Source of the DNA: Octopus vulgaris
Lineage: Eukaryota
Reading direction: 5' to 3'
Assembly (NCBI GenBank): GCA_951406725.2
Contig: OX597828.1
Span: 70,804,001 to 70,868,000 of the forward strand
Length of the DNA: 64,000 nt
Numbering within the stretch: position 1 is the stretch's first letter; every line of letters starts with the position of its first letter. Below, piece after piece: positions 14,100 through 28,476 of the stretch. A program made the translations under genes and the position numbers. Below the pieces are notes generated by a model, which saw only the letters and a program-made list of their open reading frames with translations, was not told where the DNA came from and did no database searches.

Positions 14100-14200
14100 G
14101 TGTGATATACACATACATATGCATATATGTGCATCTGTGAGTGTGTGTGTGTGCGTGTATGTGTGTGTATGTGTGTGTGTGCGGGCGTGTGAGACATGTG

Positions 14201-14240
<40 letters not shown>

Positions 14241-14316
14241 TGTGTGTGCGTGCGTGTGTCTATGTGTATGTGTGTGTGTGTGCGTATACATATATGTATA
14301 CATGTATATTTATATA

Positions 14317-14349
<33 letters not shown>

Positions 14350-14478
14350 GGCCTGCTCGCTTAGCCAGCGGGGTGGCGTCATTTGAAGGCTAAAACAATG
14401 CGAAGCACATTGTGACCAGCGATGTGTAGCAATATCTGATAGCCTGGTCGGTCACGTGATATATATACTTATATATAC

Positions 14479-14545
<67 letters not shown>

Positions 14546-14578
14546 TATACATATATCTTTGTATATGTATATATGTAT

Positions 14579-14634
<56 letters not shown>

Positions 14635-14735
14635 AGAGAGAGAGAGAGGGAGGGAGAAGAAGGGAGATATGTAAATTCACTTATGGTTACATAGACGCAT
14701 ACATCTCCATATGTATGTATGTTATGTGTGTGTGC

Positions 14736-14794
<59 letters not shown>

Positions 14795-16511
14795 CACATA
14801 CATTTGTGTCTGTCTGTCTGTATGTATGCATGTGTGTATAGGTTGTGTCTGGCTAAACAGACGACTGTCTTCAGTGCAACAGATTTATGTTGGATATAAA
14901 ACATCGTTGTTCCGTGCGCAGCGAGATCCTGAATGACTGTTTCCACACTCATTCTTAACGGGTCTGGGCAGGTCCAGATGCGAAATATGTTGGGCACCGT
15001 AGTGTGTATCACACGATTATAACTTCTCCCTTTTACGACGACAGGATGTTCCACACACACGGTTCATCGGCGCACGGCATTCTGGGACAACGCTGTTCCG
15101 ACAAACAATTCTGTTCGCTGAGATCATAAGCACATCTATTGGCTTCGCTTAGTCTCGAAGTTTCGGTTGGTTCTGGTTGACGAAACGCAACTTGTCGAAT
15201 CGCCGCCCTACCAGAATGCCGTGCACCAATGTGACGATTGTGTTGAACACACAATTGTCTAAAATAGAGAAATTATTCACCTGAGACATATTCTACAGCA
15301 CCCAGTACTCTTTGCATCTAAACCTGCCTAGACGTGTTAAGATTAACTATACAAAGATATGTGTGTTGAATATATTAACTGTTAATTCGTTCATAGTAAT
15401 TTTCAACGTATTTTAAACAATTTTCACATTTCCATGTTGTATGGTCAAATATATATCCTATTTATAATACCATTTTCTGGATCTTTGACTCTTTGATTCA
15501 TCTCGGGGGCGCCATCCTGACATAGAGTGAATCTTTGGCATTTAGGACCTGGAGGAGATCCCATCCATCTCCGGGTCTGATCCCGGTGGATTTCTTAGAG
15601 AGAAGAAGCGAGGCAAGCAGAAGGAAAAAGAATCACAATCGACCTCAGTATACAAATGGGACTTCATCGACAGTAAGAGAATAAAGGAAAAAACAAGATT
15701 GACTTCGGTGGGATTTGAACTCACAGAGTGGAAACGATTCCCACAAAGCTTGCTGTAAAATACTCTAAAGATTCTGCCAATCGGCCACCTATCCTGCCAA
15801 CAAATCGTAATCCGGTGTGTCCAACGATTCCTCATTTGTTATGAAGATTTCTTAAAATCCATATCAAATTATTCGTGTATTATTTATCAACCAGGTTTTA
15901 AATAAATACACTAAACGTTGCTCCCACTTTTTGTTACTTGTTTCCCTGTACAATGATGCAGTTTTTGTTGTTGCTGTTGTTGTTGTTTTCAGAATGATGG
16001 CTTCTATATTTCTACATTGAATCTCAGGCATGGCTGTGAGGTTAAGAAGCTAGCTTCGTAACTACGCGGTTTCCGGATCGATACCGCTGTGTGATGACTT
16101 GGAGAAACGTGCTTTCTACCCAAGTCTCAAGTCATCAAACTAGAACAAATTCATGAGTAGATGCGCAAAAGACTGATGGATTTTGTTCCGGTTTGTTGAC
16201 TAAAGAACCCTATTACTAATATGGACTTATTTCCGGTAAAGGAAGTTTAGCTTCCTAGTCGGTTCAGAGTTGCCCCTCTTTGTATCAGGTGCTGAAGAGA
16301 ACTTATGAATTTCAAATGCATCAATCAGTCCAACAGAGAGCGCTCTGAGATGATTGTAGCATTATAACACCTTTTTGTCTGAAGTGAGAGATTTTTTTCC
16401 CTGTGAAAAGCTGCAGTGAAAAGCCTTTACAGATTCGAAGACCTCTCAAATATATTTACACTGGTCTAACGTTTGTGTACTCTACATCAATGCTTCGGTC
16501 ATCTACTCGTG

Positions 16512-16579
<68 letters not shown>

Positions 16580-16670
16580 AAATATACACACATGTATGAG
16601 TGTGTGTGTAAATAGATATATACGTACATATATAAATAAATAAATATATATACACACACGTGTATGTCTG

Positions 16671-16713
<43 letters not shown>

Positions 16714-17026
16714 CACTCAACACATTTATTTTGAAATATAAATTTTAAAATATACAAAAACTTTATGAAACATTATCTAATAAGCACAAACTCAATACCA
16801 ACAGAACAGTTATTTTTTTTTTTTTATATTTTTATGAAGTTCACATAAACCTTAAACTTTCATTGGAATTCGAGTTTTTATTATTATTTTTCATTTATTT
16901 TGATTTTTTCTTCGAATGACACTTCGAAAAAGCAGACTTCCGGTGTAACTTTAAATTTAGTGTCAACTTCGAAAAAAATGTGAATGCCTGTGTGTTTAAT
17001 TACAAGTATTTATACATACATACACA

Positions 17027-17398
<372 letters not shown>

Positions 17399-18120
17399 TA
17401 TGCTTTCAACTGATGTAGAAATGCTTCCATACACTCATATGTATATGTAATTGACCGTGTGTGTTTAATTGCAAGAATTCATATATACTTACATGTGTGT
17501 GTGTGTGTGTGTGCGTGCGTGCATGCGTGTGTGTGTGTGTGTGTGTGTGTGTTTGTGTGCCTGTGTGTATGTGCATGCGTGTGTAATTTCAACTGGTATA
17601 TATACTTTCATACATATACGTATATAAAATTATCTGCATGTGTTTAACTGTAAGAATTTATACACACACACACACACGCACATACACACTTCAGATCAAT
17701 ATATAAATACTTTTATACACATGCATGTGCGTTTTAATGCAACTTTATATACATACAAATATATATAATTTCAATTGATGTATAAATACTTTTATACACA
17801 CACACACAGAAACACTCACACACAGACGCACACACATACAAAACCGTTTGCAACTCCACAAATTTTAATGCTCCCTGTCGCCTGTCTCGAGCAAAGAGTA
17901 ATCAAAGGGAATCTTTGGACGAAACATTTTATTTTTTGCCATACAAACAATCACCTTCAAACATTAAATTCTGTTCGTGACCCAAGGGTAGCTTAACGCC
18001 TGCAAATCCTTCTGCCTCCATACACGTCCTTAACCATTTAACTACCTTCCGGAAACTTATCGTCTGCCTCTTCGACGAGAAAGCCGACAGTAATGGCGAC
18101 CTTTCCGATTTTGTTTCCTC

Positions 18121-18858
18121 GTAACTTTAAGGAAAATGGATATTTTTTAATGACATTTTCAACAAATACATTTCAAATGGTAGAAATTACGATTAGATCG
18201 GAATTTGATAAGGAAAAAAAATGGTTGGTGCACGCACAAACATACTGACACACTTCACATATGTCTGCAAAATGAAAAATTTGAAATTTTGCAAAGATTG
18301 TGATGTGTGTTGTGTGTAAACGCGCCTACCATTTCGTTTCGCATTAAATTCTGATAGGATAGTAATCTACACCATCTGAGAGGTATTTATCTTGTATCTT
18401 TTACTTGTTTCAGTCATTGGACTGCGACCATGCTGGAGCACCGCTTTAGAGGGTTTGTAGTCGAACAGATCAACCCCAGGACTTATTTCTTTAAAGCCTG
18501 GTGCTTATTCTATCGGTCAGTTCTGCTGAACCGCTAAGTTATGGGAACGTAAACACACCAACATCGGCTGTCAAGTGGAGGTGGAGAACAAAGACATGCA
18601 CACACACACATGTGTGTGTGCGTGTGTGTGTGTGTGTTTGTGTGTGTGTTGTGTGCGACCGGTTTGTTTCAGTTTCTGTCAACCAAAATCCACTCACAAG
18701 GCTTTGGTCAGCCTGAGGTTATAGTAGAAGACACTTGCACAAGGTGCTACGCAGTGGGACTGAACCCGGAACTATGTGGTTGGGAAGCAAGCTTCTTACC
18801 ACACCGCTACGCCCGCAGAAAATTTCATTAGAAAATATCGATTTTTCTGAAAGATATG
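18121..18858. mobile_element. Foldback/MITE-like element with ~85-bp inverted arms, right arm split by a SINE insertion (18390-18815)
   Basis: Left arm AACTTTAAGGAAAATGGATATTTTTTAATGACATTTTC..AAATAC..ATGGT...GGAATTT (18121-18205) is an imperfect reverse complement of 18346-18389 joined to 18815-18858. Confidence 0.55.
18390..18815 (-). mobile_element. Full-length family B SINE
   Basis: Reverse complement of 47338-47745. Other full or partial copies at ~13330-13550, 20166-20332, 23757-23985, 24715-24995, 28205-28628, 30028-30308, 35868-36207, 50370-51170 (several), 58070-58265, 62230-62705. Confidence 0.88.
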
Positions 18859-19168
18859 ACTAAAGAAATTCTGCGGAGGCGCACACTTTGTGTAGGGGTT
18901 CCGTAAACATAGACTTTAAAGAGGTTGAAGTGGAACTGTTTCTATTTTTGGTCTTTTAGTGACCCAGGACTTGACCAACATTCGAGGAATTGTAAAAGTT
19001 TTGTTCGCTTTTTTTTTTTCGCAATGCAAATAACAAATAAGTCAGAAACATGAAATTCTGGGAACGCCTGTAATTATTGCATCTCCACATTTCTGGAAAA
19101 TCAGCGGAAACGCTATGCCCTTCTGTATGTATATATATATATATATATATATATACATACATACATAG

Positions 19169-19239
<71 letters not shown>

Positions 19240-19273
19240 CATACATGCATATATATATATGTATGTATGTATG

Positions 19274-19305
<32 letters not shown>

Positions 19306-19536
19306 TGTATGTATGTATGTATGTATGTTTGTATGTATGTATATTACAAATATATACCTATACAAATATATAGATATATGAATAAATATGTATACATACA
19401 TATGTGTGTGTATGCATGTGCACATATGTCTACCCATACCTATGTACATAAGGAAACACGGCTCTGTCATGGATTCAACAGTAGCCCACACAATGTTAGA
19501 TCACTATCCTCCATATAAGGCGACCATAACAAACAG

Positions 19537-19567
<31 letters not shown>

Positions 19568-19780
19568 TTGAACTGCACTATTTACAGTAGAGCAGCCAGT
19601 GTCAGGGTGTGTGCTACAGCATGGCCTAAATTGTCATGGCTAAAACGAAGTAAAAAAATTCTGAAGAACATTTCCTAACGATCTGGAATATTTCCAGATT
19701 AGCAACTAAAGGAGTTTTGCTTTAACAATGTATTAAGGATTTTATTATAATAAGGTTTGGCAAAGGGTTGGGTTTAGCAG

Positions 19781-19938
19781 TTTAATTAAGGCCCAATAAG
19801 GGCTGTTTAAAGAAGTCAATTATAATCCGGTAACAGGTCATTTAAACAGTTTAATTAAGGCTCAGTAAAGGGTTAGTTAAGATGCTCATTAAAGGCCCAG
19901 TAAAGAATTATTTAAATTGTTCAAAAGGCCGGTAATGT
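19781..19938. repeat. Degenerate ~34-35-bp minisatellite, about 4.5 units
   Basis: Units such as TTTAATTAAGGCCCAATAAGGGCTGTTTAAAGAAG / TTTAATTAAGGCTCAGTAAAGGGTTAGTTAAGATG / CTCATTAAAGGCCCAGTAAAGAATTATTTAAATTG. Confidence 0.6.
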
Positions 19939-20496
19939 TTCTGGTATTTAAGGCTGTGACCCGACAGAATCGTTAGCGCACTGAACGAAATGCATAGCGG
20001 TAATTCGTCCGTCTGAGTTCATATTCAAGTGAGGTCGACTTTGCCTTCATCTTTTCGCGATCGATAAAATAAGAACCAGCTGAACACTGGGGTCGATATA
20101 ATCGACTACGCCTCCCACGGAATACTGGTTTGTGTCAGAATTGTAAACCAATATTCCAAGCATGTGTAGGCGCAGGAGTGACTGTGTGATGAGAAGATTG
20201 CTTCCCAACCACATGGTTCCAGGTTCATCCCCACTGCGTGGCACCTTGAGCAAGTGTCTTCTACTATAGCCTCGGGCCGACCAAAGCCTTGTGAGTGGAT
20301 TTAGTAGACGGAAACTGAAAGAAGCCTGTCGTAAGAATAATCAGCCGAAATTGAGAGGATAGTCTGGTGCTTGACTGAAGAAAGAAAACTTCGAATGACC
20401 CGTCCTTGTTCTCTTTGTATCGTCTATCTGAATGTTTCGTTATCCCTTTTTGTATCACCTAGCTGTCCGGATGTTTTGCGTTCTTGTCCTATTTTG

Positions 20497-20547
<51 letters not shown>

Positions 20548-21678
20548 ATGTAAATCTCCCCATATACCCTGCCGTCTTAAATGAGGACAGCAAACTTTAG
20601 ATAATACAGCCGAGCATATCTTTAAACAGACAAGATGGTCACGACTGGAATGTCTTTAATCATTGACATGCAGCATTAAGTATCTACCGGGCTAAACAAC
20701 TACAGCAGCAAGGAATTAACTTACGCCTCCCACGGAATACTGGTTTGTGTCAGAATTGTAAACCAATATTCCAAGCATGTGTAGGCGCAGGAGTGACTGT
20801 GTGATGAGAAGATTCTTCTTTCAAAATTCCTTTTTTGTTATTCACACATTTACTTATGTAGGTTGAATTATGTATAATGCAAGTGTCTTCTACTATAGCC
20901 TATCATTTCATTTTTTTTTTTTTTTAGCAAAAAATACATATAAAGCAAAATTTTTTCATAGGTTCCAAAATACTACTTTGGATCCCCGATTTGCTATTTT
21001 GCTCGCGTAGACCCGCCAAAAAATTCTTGTATGGACCCCGGTTGAGAAGCATTGCTCTATAGCTGTCAAGACTGTTCTGTCAAGAAACACAACGAACCGT
21101 TTGATGTGGATTCGAACCCACAGAGCCGCCATGCCTCTGCAATAATATCTATTTCTTGGCTCTTTACAACAATGCTACTTGTAATATATAGCTTCAATTA
21201 CTGAAACGCAGATATCTATTGAAATATAAACAGGAAGAGAGACGGGAGGTGAGGGAGGGGGTCACACCTCCCCTATTATCTCCCCTGTCGAACTCTTTTG
21301 TTCTGGTAATCGTTTCGCTTTTTTTTTTTATTATACATCAATTCTATAGTATATTGCACGTGTGTATATTTATGTGTGTATGGGCTTGTCTTCATCATCC
21401 AATTAAGTCTTGTCTGTTTATATGTGTGTGTGTATATGTGTGTGCGTGTGTATATGTGTGTGTGTGTATCTTTACATGTATGTATACACACATATATATA
21501 TACACACATATATATTTAAAAACATACATATATGCGCATATGATGCATATTTGCATCTATCTATCTGTATATATCTATCTTGGTGTCCTGTACCTATATA
21601 TGCATGTATATATACATGTAGATGTAGGTATGTACATATATGTATGTATATATGCATATGTTTTATTTATTATTTTGT

Positions 21679-21713
<35 letters not shown>

Positions 21714-22215
21714 TATATATATGCATATATATATTTGTATATACAAATATATATATATACATATATATACACACATTGCATACATACACTACATACATAT
21801 TCTGACAGCAGTACTTTATACTCGGGTGTGGTCGCTCAGTCACGTGATGTGTGGACATCAAAGCGACTCTGGTGACGTGTTAACAGCCGTACCACCACCT
21901 CTACCCCCACCTCCACGAAACGCCCTCAACACTAAATAAATTTATAAAACACATTGAAGAAATCCTTAAAACATTTGTTTCATTCAGTTCTAAATAGAAA
22001 TGTCATCTAATAACAGGCTGTTGCGTTTGATGGCGGTTTTCTTTTCGTTTTCCTTTTTCTTTTTTTTGTCAAAGTTTCTCTGCGACATAACCAGCCATCC
22101 TCATCATAGAGAATGCATATGTATCACACATGTATATCTATGAATATATGTATGAGGTATAAGTGTGTATATGTATGCATGTATGTATGTATGGCTGGAT
22201 GGTTGGGTGTATATA

Positions 22216-22721
22216 CAGGGGTTGGGCAAAATAATGGAGTCATCTTGTTAAATGGAGATCATATTGTTTAATCGGAGGCTGGTCCTCATTTGGTATCATC
22301 CACATCCATAATACATCACGGAATTGACTTGTACAAGTTCTGAACGGTTGTCAGAGGAATTTTGAGTTCATTTTCAAGTAAAATCTGCTCAACGGCTCCT
22401 CAGTTGCTGCTCTAAATTGCATCATACATATTAGATTATATTAAGATCCGGTGGTTGCTCGGCCCAATCAAAGAGGTCTGTTTCACTTCTGTGTTCTTCG
22501 TACCAGTTTTGAATAAGATTAGCCGTGTAAATCGGATCTTTATCGTCCTAGAAGATTGCATTACCCTCTGAGAATTATCCATGTACCACAGAATGGACAC
22601 GATAAGCCGAATTAATCGGCTAATTCTTTGCATTAACTCTACCATGTAGAACAACGAAAGAGTCGAGAGAATTCCGTGATATGGTTATCCAAATCATCAC
22701 ACAGCCCCCTTCCATGCACAG
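22216..22721 (-). mobile_element. Tc1-family (DD34E) transposon 3' half, degenerate
   Basis: TA|CAGGGGTTGGGCAAAATAATGGA terminus at 22214-22238. Minus-strand translation with stops/frameshifts gives GCVMIW..IS..SL...VVLHGRVNAKN, AIF*DDKDPIYTA and WAEQPPDLNII (Tc1 FQDDNAPIH / WPxQSPDLNPIE motifs). Confidence 0.8.
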
Positions 22722-23432
22722 AATTCATATTTTTCCGTCCAAATGATTTTGAAGACTGCCGAATAAATGATAATCAGATGGGGCAATGTCCAGCGAATAT
22801 GGTGGGTGGGGCATCGTTTCCCATTCAAACTCCTCCAGCCTTTGGAGTGCCATCCTTGCTGTATGTGGCCGAGTATTATCCTGATGGAAGAACACCTTTC
22901 GTCTTGAAACCAAAGATGGTCGGTTTTCTTCTAGCGCTGATTTGAATCACTGGTTGAATGACCAAATCCAAGCTTCTCGGCTTGTTCCTCAACAGTTACG
23001 ATGGGATTTGTTCCAGCAGGGTTTGTAGGATGTCCTTGTCAAGCTCTACAGATCTTCCAGGGCGATGCTAGTCTTCCAGGCTGTAGTTTCCGGCTCGAAA
23101 TTTCTGGAACTACAATTGACACTAGCTTACACCTATTGTCTGATCCCCATATACTGCATTAATATTCCTCCTACTTTCTATTATGCTGTTGCCTTTATTG
23201 AACTCAGAAAGCAAAATATGCTGAATATGCTCCTTTGTCACTTCCATTATAGATTTGGAAAAATAACTGTCAAAATCGAACTGCACTCTTCAAAACTTGC
23301 ACTAAGAATAACTACAAGGTAACATTACTACCTGCTTTTATAGCAAGTTGATGCAGGTAGTTTATTCCGTCCCCATCCGACATTTAGTTCATGCAATTGA
23401 AAAAACCACATTACTTATAGGATGACCCAATA
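22722..23432 (-). mobile_element. Mariner (DD34D) element relic; internally deleted, 3'-truncated transposase pseudogene
   Basis: TIR-like end TA-TTGGGTCATCCTATAAGTAATGTGGTTTTT (minus strand, 23401-23432). ATG at 23247 starts MEVTKEHIQHILLSEFNKG...FQKFRAGNYSLED*HRPGRS (HTH, stops), then jumps to FFHQDNTRPH...PHPPYSLDIAPSDYHLF (mariner YSPDLAPSD motif). Confidence 0.92.
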
Positions 23433-23489
23433 CATTCCCTGTGCTCATCCTCTTGTTTCGATATTCTTAATGTTCGATTATTCGATTTG

Positions 23490-23520
<31 letters not shown>

Positions 23521-24077
23521 TGGCGTCATAAGAATTTAGAAACTTCGAGAGAACGTGCAATAATTCTTTTTGGAACGGTTAATCACGAAGTGGATAAAAC
23601 AATGAATAAGAGCGTGTAAGTATTGCCGTGTTTACAGACGACGTGGGTTCGAGTCCAACAGCTAGCCTTCCACGATTTGTATCCAAATGATTTTTAACCC
23701 AATGTTTCCACGCTGTTATTTATAGCTTTATCTACTTCGAGATTCACCGTACCAATATCTTTTATCTTTTACTTATTTCAGTAACTGGACTGCGGCCATG
23801 CTGGAGCACCGACTCGAAGAAATTCTTTTAGTCGAACGAAACGACCCCAGTACTTATTATTTTTTGAAGCCAGATACTTATTCTATCGGTCTCTTTTGCC
23901 GAACCGCTGAGTTTACGGTGATGTAAACACATCAACAGCGGTTGTCACGTGGTGGTGGAGAACAAACACGTGCACAGAGACACACACACTCATCCATACA
24001 TCCATTCATCAATCCATCCATCCATCCATCCATCCATCCATCCATCCATCCATACATACATACATACATACATACAT

Positions 24078-24630
24078 GGAATGGCTGACCCCTCGTTATC
24101 GAGTATGACCATTGCGCGAAGCTTAATCAATGTTGTTATCGTGCAATGCCTGTGCAAGAAGATTTTTTTAAAGTGAGGAAAGCTGTGCACTGAGTCAATC
24201 CCACTCACTAAGCAACAGCAGCCATAATCCGAAAAGAAGAACAAGTCAAGATCATCGGTAACCACTGAGCCGCAGGTTTTATGTCGGAGTTATCCCAGTT
24301 ACCTGAGTTACCTTCTCCTAGAAGGATGCCCTAACAAAGGCTAGGAGTCCTTCACTCCCAACGGTTTAACCGCGCGATCGGATATTCAGTCTGATTATTT
24401 CTATATCCCCGCGCATGATACAGCCTTAAGACATATATTTGATGGCCGTTGACTCTCAAGAGTTCCTCCGCCCTTTGACGGGTTTTGTTTTTCATCCCGC
24501 AGGGTGTCCAATAAACACCCTCCTCACTAAGCAAGCTTGGTGGGGTTGCCAGTTTAGTCGCCGACGACCCGACCATGCAACAGGTTGTACTGGGTTACAT
24601 GTTACCAGTAGCACTCGAAAGTGACCTGAC
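24078..24630 (-). mobile_element. Non-coding bipartite RTE-derived element (5'UTR-like + 3'UTR) in a (TACA)n array
   Basis: Contains an RTE 5'UTR-like box (GGGCATCCTTCTAGGAGAAGGTAACTC, minus strand). 24083-24126 matches the RTE 3' end at 61319-61362 (4 mismatches in 44 nt). No ORF. (TACA)n on both sides. Confidence 0.65.
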
Positions 24631-25205
24631 ACATACATACATACATACATACATACATACATACATACATACATACATACATACATACATACATACATAC
24701 ATGTATATATATATATACGACAGGCTTTCAGTTTCCCTCAACTAAATCCCCTCGCAAGGTATTGGACGGCTCACGGCTACAATAGTAAGAGAAACTTGCC
24801 CAAGGTGCTACGCAATGGGACCAGGTACATACGTTCCGACATACATGCATTAGTCTGATACATACAAACAGACTGATACACAAACATAGAATAGCAATTC
24901 GACAAAAAGCGATCGATAAAATAGGCAAAAGACCCCTCAATGTGGTGCTCCAGCATGGTTCGCAGCGCAGTGACTAAAACAAGTAAATGAATAAAAACAA
25001 TAATTTATTGTATTATGCCACCCGTACCTCACCCGACCTACCCCGTTTTGGTCACATGCACACACGTCAGTGTATCTGTATGCAGGTGGGTATTAAACGG
25101 GTGGATACAGCAGGAATTACGTAAAAGCACGTTACAAGACATTACTTATTTATGTATGTATGTGTGTGTGTATGTATGTATGTGTGTATGTGTGTATGCG
25201 TGTTG

Positions 25206-25252
<47 letters not shown>

Positions 25253-25601
25253 TTTATATATATACACATATATTTATATATATACACACATATGTATACA
25301 TACATGCATACACACACACACACACATATATGTATAATACGTATGTATACATACAAACAAATGCATATATACATATACGCATTTATATATATGCATACAC
25401 GCCTCAGTATGTATATGTATACATACATACATACATACATACATACATACATACATACATACGTACATACATACTTATCTACAGCCACTCACACACGCAC
25501 ACACACACATACGACTGGATAGATGAGTATTTATTTCCCTCTGCCATCGCCTTCTTGCTGCGTGCATATAAGGTTAGAAGCGGGTAGATGCCGTGATTGG
25601 T

Positions 25602-25679
<78 letters not shown>

Positions 25680-25974
25680 ATGCGTGAAGTAAGCAGGGTA
25701 CCCGCCGACACACATGTTTCAACAAGACTTTATTACTTAAGTAACAGAAATGAAACATCTACTCCGGGTGGTCCTTACAAATTAAATGAGGTATCATAAC
25801 CTATATACTTTATAGCTTTGTCTCAATTTCTACCCGTCTTCTACCAATGACAGAGTATTTGGGTGCCGTAGTACTTGTGTGTGTGTGTGCATGTTTTTGT
25901 AAATGTTAACAGAGATAAAGTTATGTATAGGCAGCCATGTATATTGACACGAAGAAACACACACATATACATAC

Positions 25975-26030
<56 letters not shown>

Positions 26031-26204
26031 GTATTAGTAAATAGATAACTAGACTGATTCATCGATAAATATATATATATATGTATGTATATATACAGAC
26101 CTAACTACATGCATACATCCTAACATATATATAAAGAATATTATTTATGAGTTTACGTGTATTCATATGTAAGTATATGTACATACATACATACACACAC
26201 ACAT

Positions 26205-26249
<45 letters not shown>

Positions 26250-27394
26250 CATATACATACATATACATACATACATACATACATACATACATACATGCAT
26301 ACATACATACATACATATTTTATATATGTTGTGCATACACATACACAAACATGCATACACACACTAACACAGTTTCTAAAAAAAATGCCTTCTCAGTTAC
26401 ACGAACACCATCTGCAACTGATGATGTTACGAAAAAGTATCAAAGCTAATCTCCGAATCGCGATCTTTTGAAAAAGAAGAACGTGCGTTAAGATCTCAAC
26501 CCTACATATAACAAAAGTCACGAATTTTTTTTTTTTTTAAAAAGCACTTAATGCATCAGTTGAAGCCGCCTCGATTATGTCAACAGATCACAATATGCTG
26601 TAAGACTTCATGACTTTTCGGCATGCTCTATTAAACAGAACTAAGATCAATAAGGTACATTGGCATGAGAGAAGGCTTTTTAAACATCTTATCTACAAAC
26701 CATTGATTATATTTCAGCCAGGGCAGTCGTGATTTGTAGAGAATCTAAGACCAGGGTCACAACCGGTGCTTGACATGGGTAGTATGGTACTGACGTTAGT
26801 AATAATATGTCCCTGGAAGAGTCGTTAGAGTGTTCTATATAATGCCTGGCGGTGATGGCTCTGAATATCTGCGTTGTGAGTTCAAATCTCACCGAGATCA
26901 TCTTTACCTTTCATCTTTTCGGGGTTGATGAAAAAATTGTATCGGATCAACTGTAAGAATATCAGATCGGATACCTTACGGTGTTTCTTTTGGTTCTCTA
27001 CGTTCTGAGTTCAAATTCCGCCACAGACCACTTTATGGTTCACTCATTCTATTTCCTGGTATGTCACCAGCTTCTGGCATATTGGCAGCTTTTTCGGGGA
27101 ATCAATTTTACCACCAGAATTCGGGCGGATAGTCTTTCCTCGCACCAATCTGAAAATCTTCACGCAGGATTATGGGTAATGAAGTATTAACCGATTAACA
27201 ATAATAAAAAAAAAACATTACCAAGATGGAAGGTGGCTAACTGGCAGAATCGTAAGCACGTCGGACAAAATGCTTAACGGCATTGTGATGTCCCCCTCAT
27301 TAATGCCCCTGTAAGAAATAAATGAAATCGTCACCATCGCCATCATCATCATCGTCGTCGTCGTCATCATCATCATCATCATTATTATTATTAA

Positions 27395-27455
<61 letters not shown>

Positions 27456-27461
<6 letters not shown>

Positions 27462-27817
27462 CCCGCCTTAGCAAAGGCAGAGGTATTGTTTTCAGTCGTG
27501 TTTGTTTGTTTGTCTGTGGACAAAATATCTCAAGAACCGCTGGACGGATTCGGATGTTTGGGATGTTTGGCCTCGTGACTGGCATGAAGTGATGAGATTT
27601 TAAGATCGATCCGGTACCAGACAAGGATTCTGGAGTATTTTTCCTGGTTTTTTACTTAATTTTTGAGAGCGGTCGGGTTCCTTTTTATTATTCTTGTTTG
27701 TGAGAGCAGTCGAGTTTATTTCAGATATTCTCATTTTAAAAAGTCATCTCTGGCTAATCGTTGAGAGGACATTGGTGTTGCCTTGGTGGAGGTTTGCACT
27801 CCCTGAATGCTCTTGTT
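27456..27817 (+). mobile_element. Non-autonomous Helentron/DINE-1-like element
   Basis: Starts ATTACCCCCGCCTTAGCAAAGGCAGAGGT, followed by a GTTT/GTCT microsatellite and ATCTCAAGAACCGCTGGACGGATT. Ends CCTTGGTGGAGGT (subterminal IR) + hairpin GCACTCCCTGAATGC + TCTTGTT. The 5' motif recurs at ~38327. Confidence 0.7.
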
Positions 27818-28433
27818 GTTGTTGTTGTAATTATTATTCTTATTCTTCTTATTTTTATTTTTATTTTTATTAAGGTGGCGAGCCGGCAGAATCGTTAGCA
27901 CGCCGGGCAAAATGCTTAGAGGTATTTCGTCCGTCTTTACGTTTTCTGTTCAATTTCGCCGAAGTCGACTTTGCTTTCATCCTTTCAGAGTCGATAAAAT
28001 AAGTACCAGTGGAACACTGGGGTCGATGTAAATGGACTTAACCTCCTTCTCTGAAATTGCTGGCCTTGTACCAAAATGTGAAACCATTATTACGAAGGTG
28101 GCAGCAATATACAGAAGACTAACTGGAATGATTCTGAGAACTTTGAGAAAGCAAGCGACCATGCTGGAGCTTATGGAAGACATATTTTATTTTATTTTAT
28201 TCTTTTTTTCTTTTTCTTGTTTCGGTCACTTGATGCGGCCATGCTGAGGCACCGACTTAAATGGTTTTTAGTCGAACAAATTGACCCCAGGACTTAATTT
28301 TTGTAAGCTTCGCATTTACTCTATCTGTGTCTTTTGCCGAACTGCTAAGTTACGAGGATGTAAACACACTAACATTGGTTGTCAAACGATGGCGGAGGTT
28401 CAAACACAGACACACAGACATAAATATATCCTA

Positions 28434-28476
<43 letters not shown>

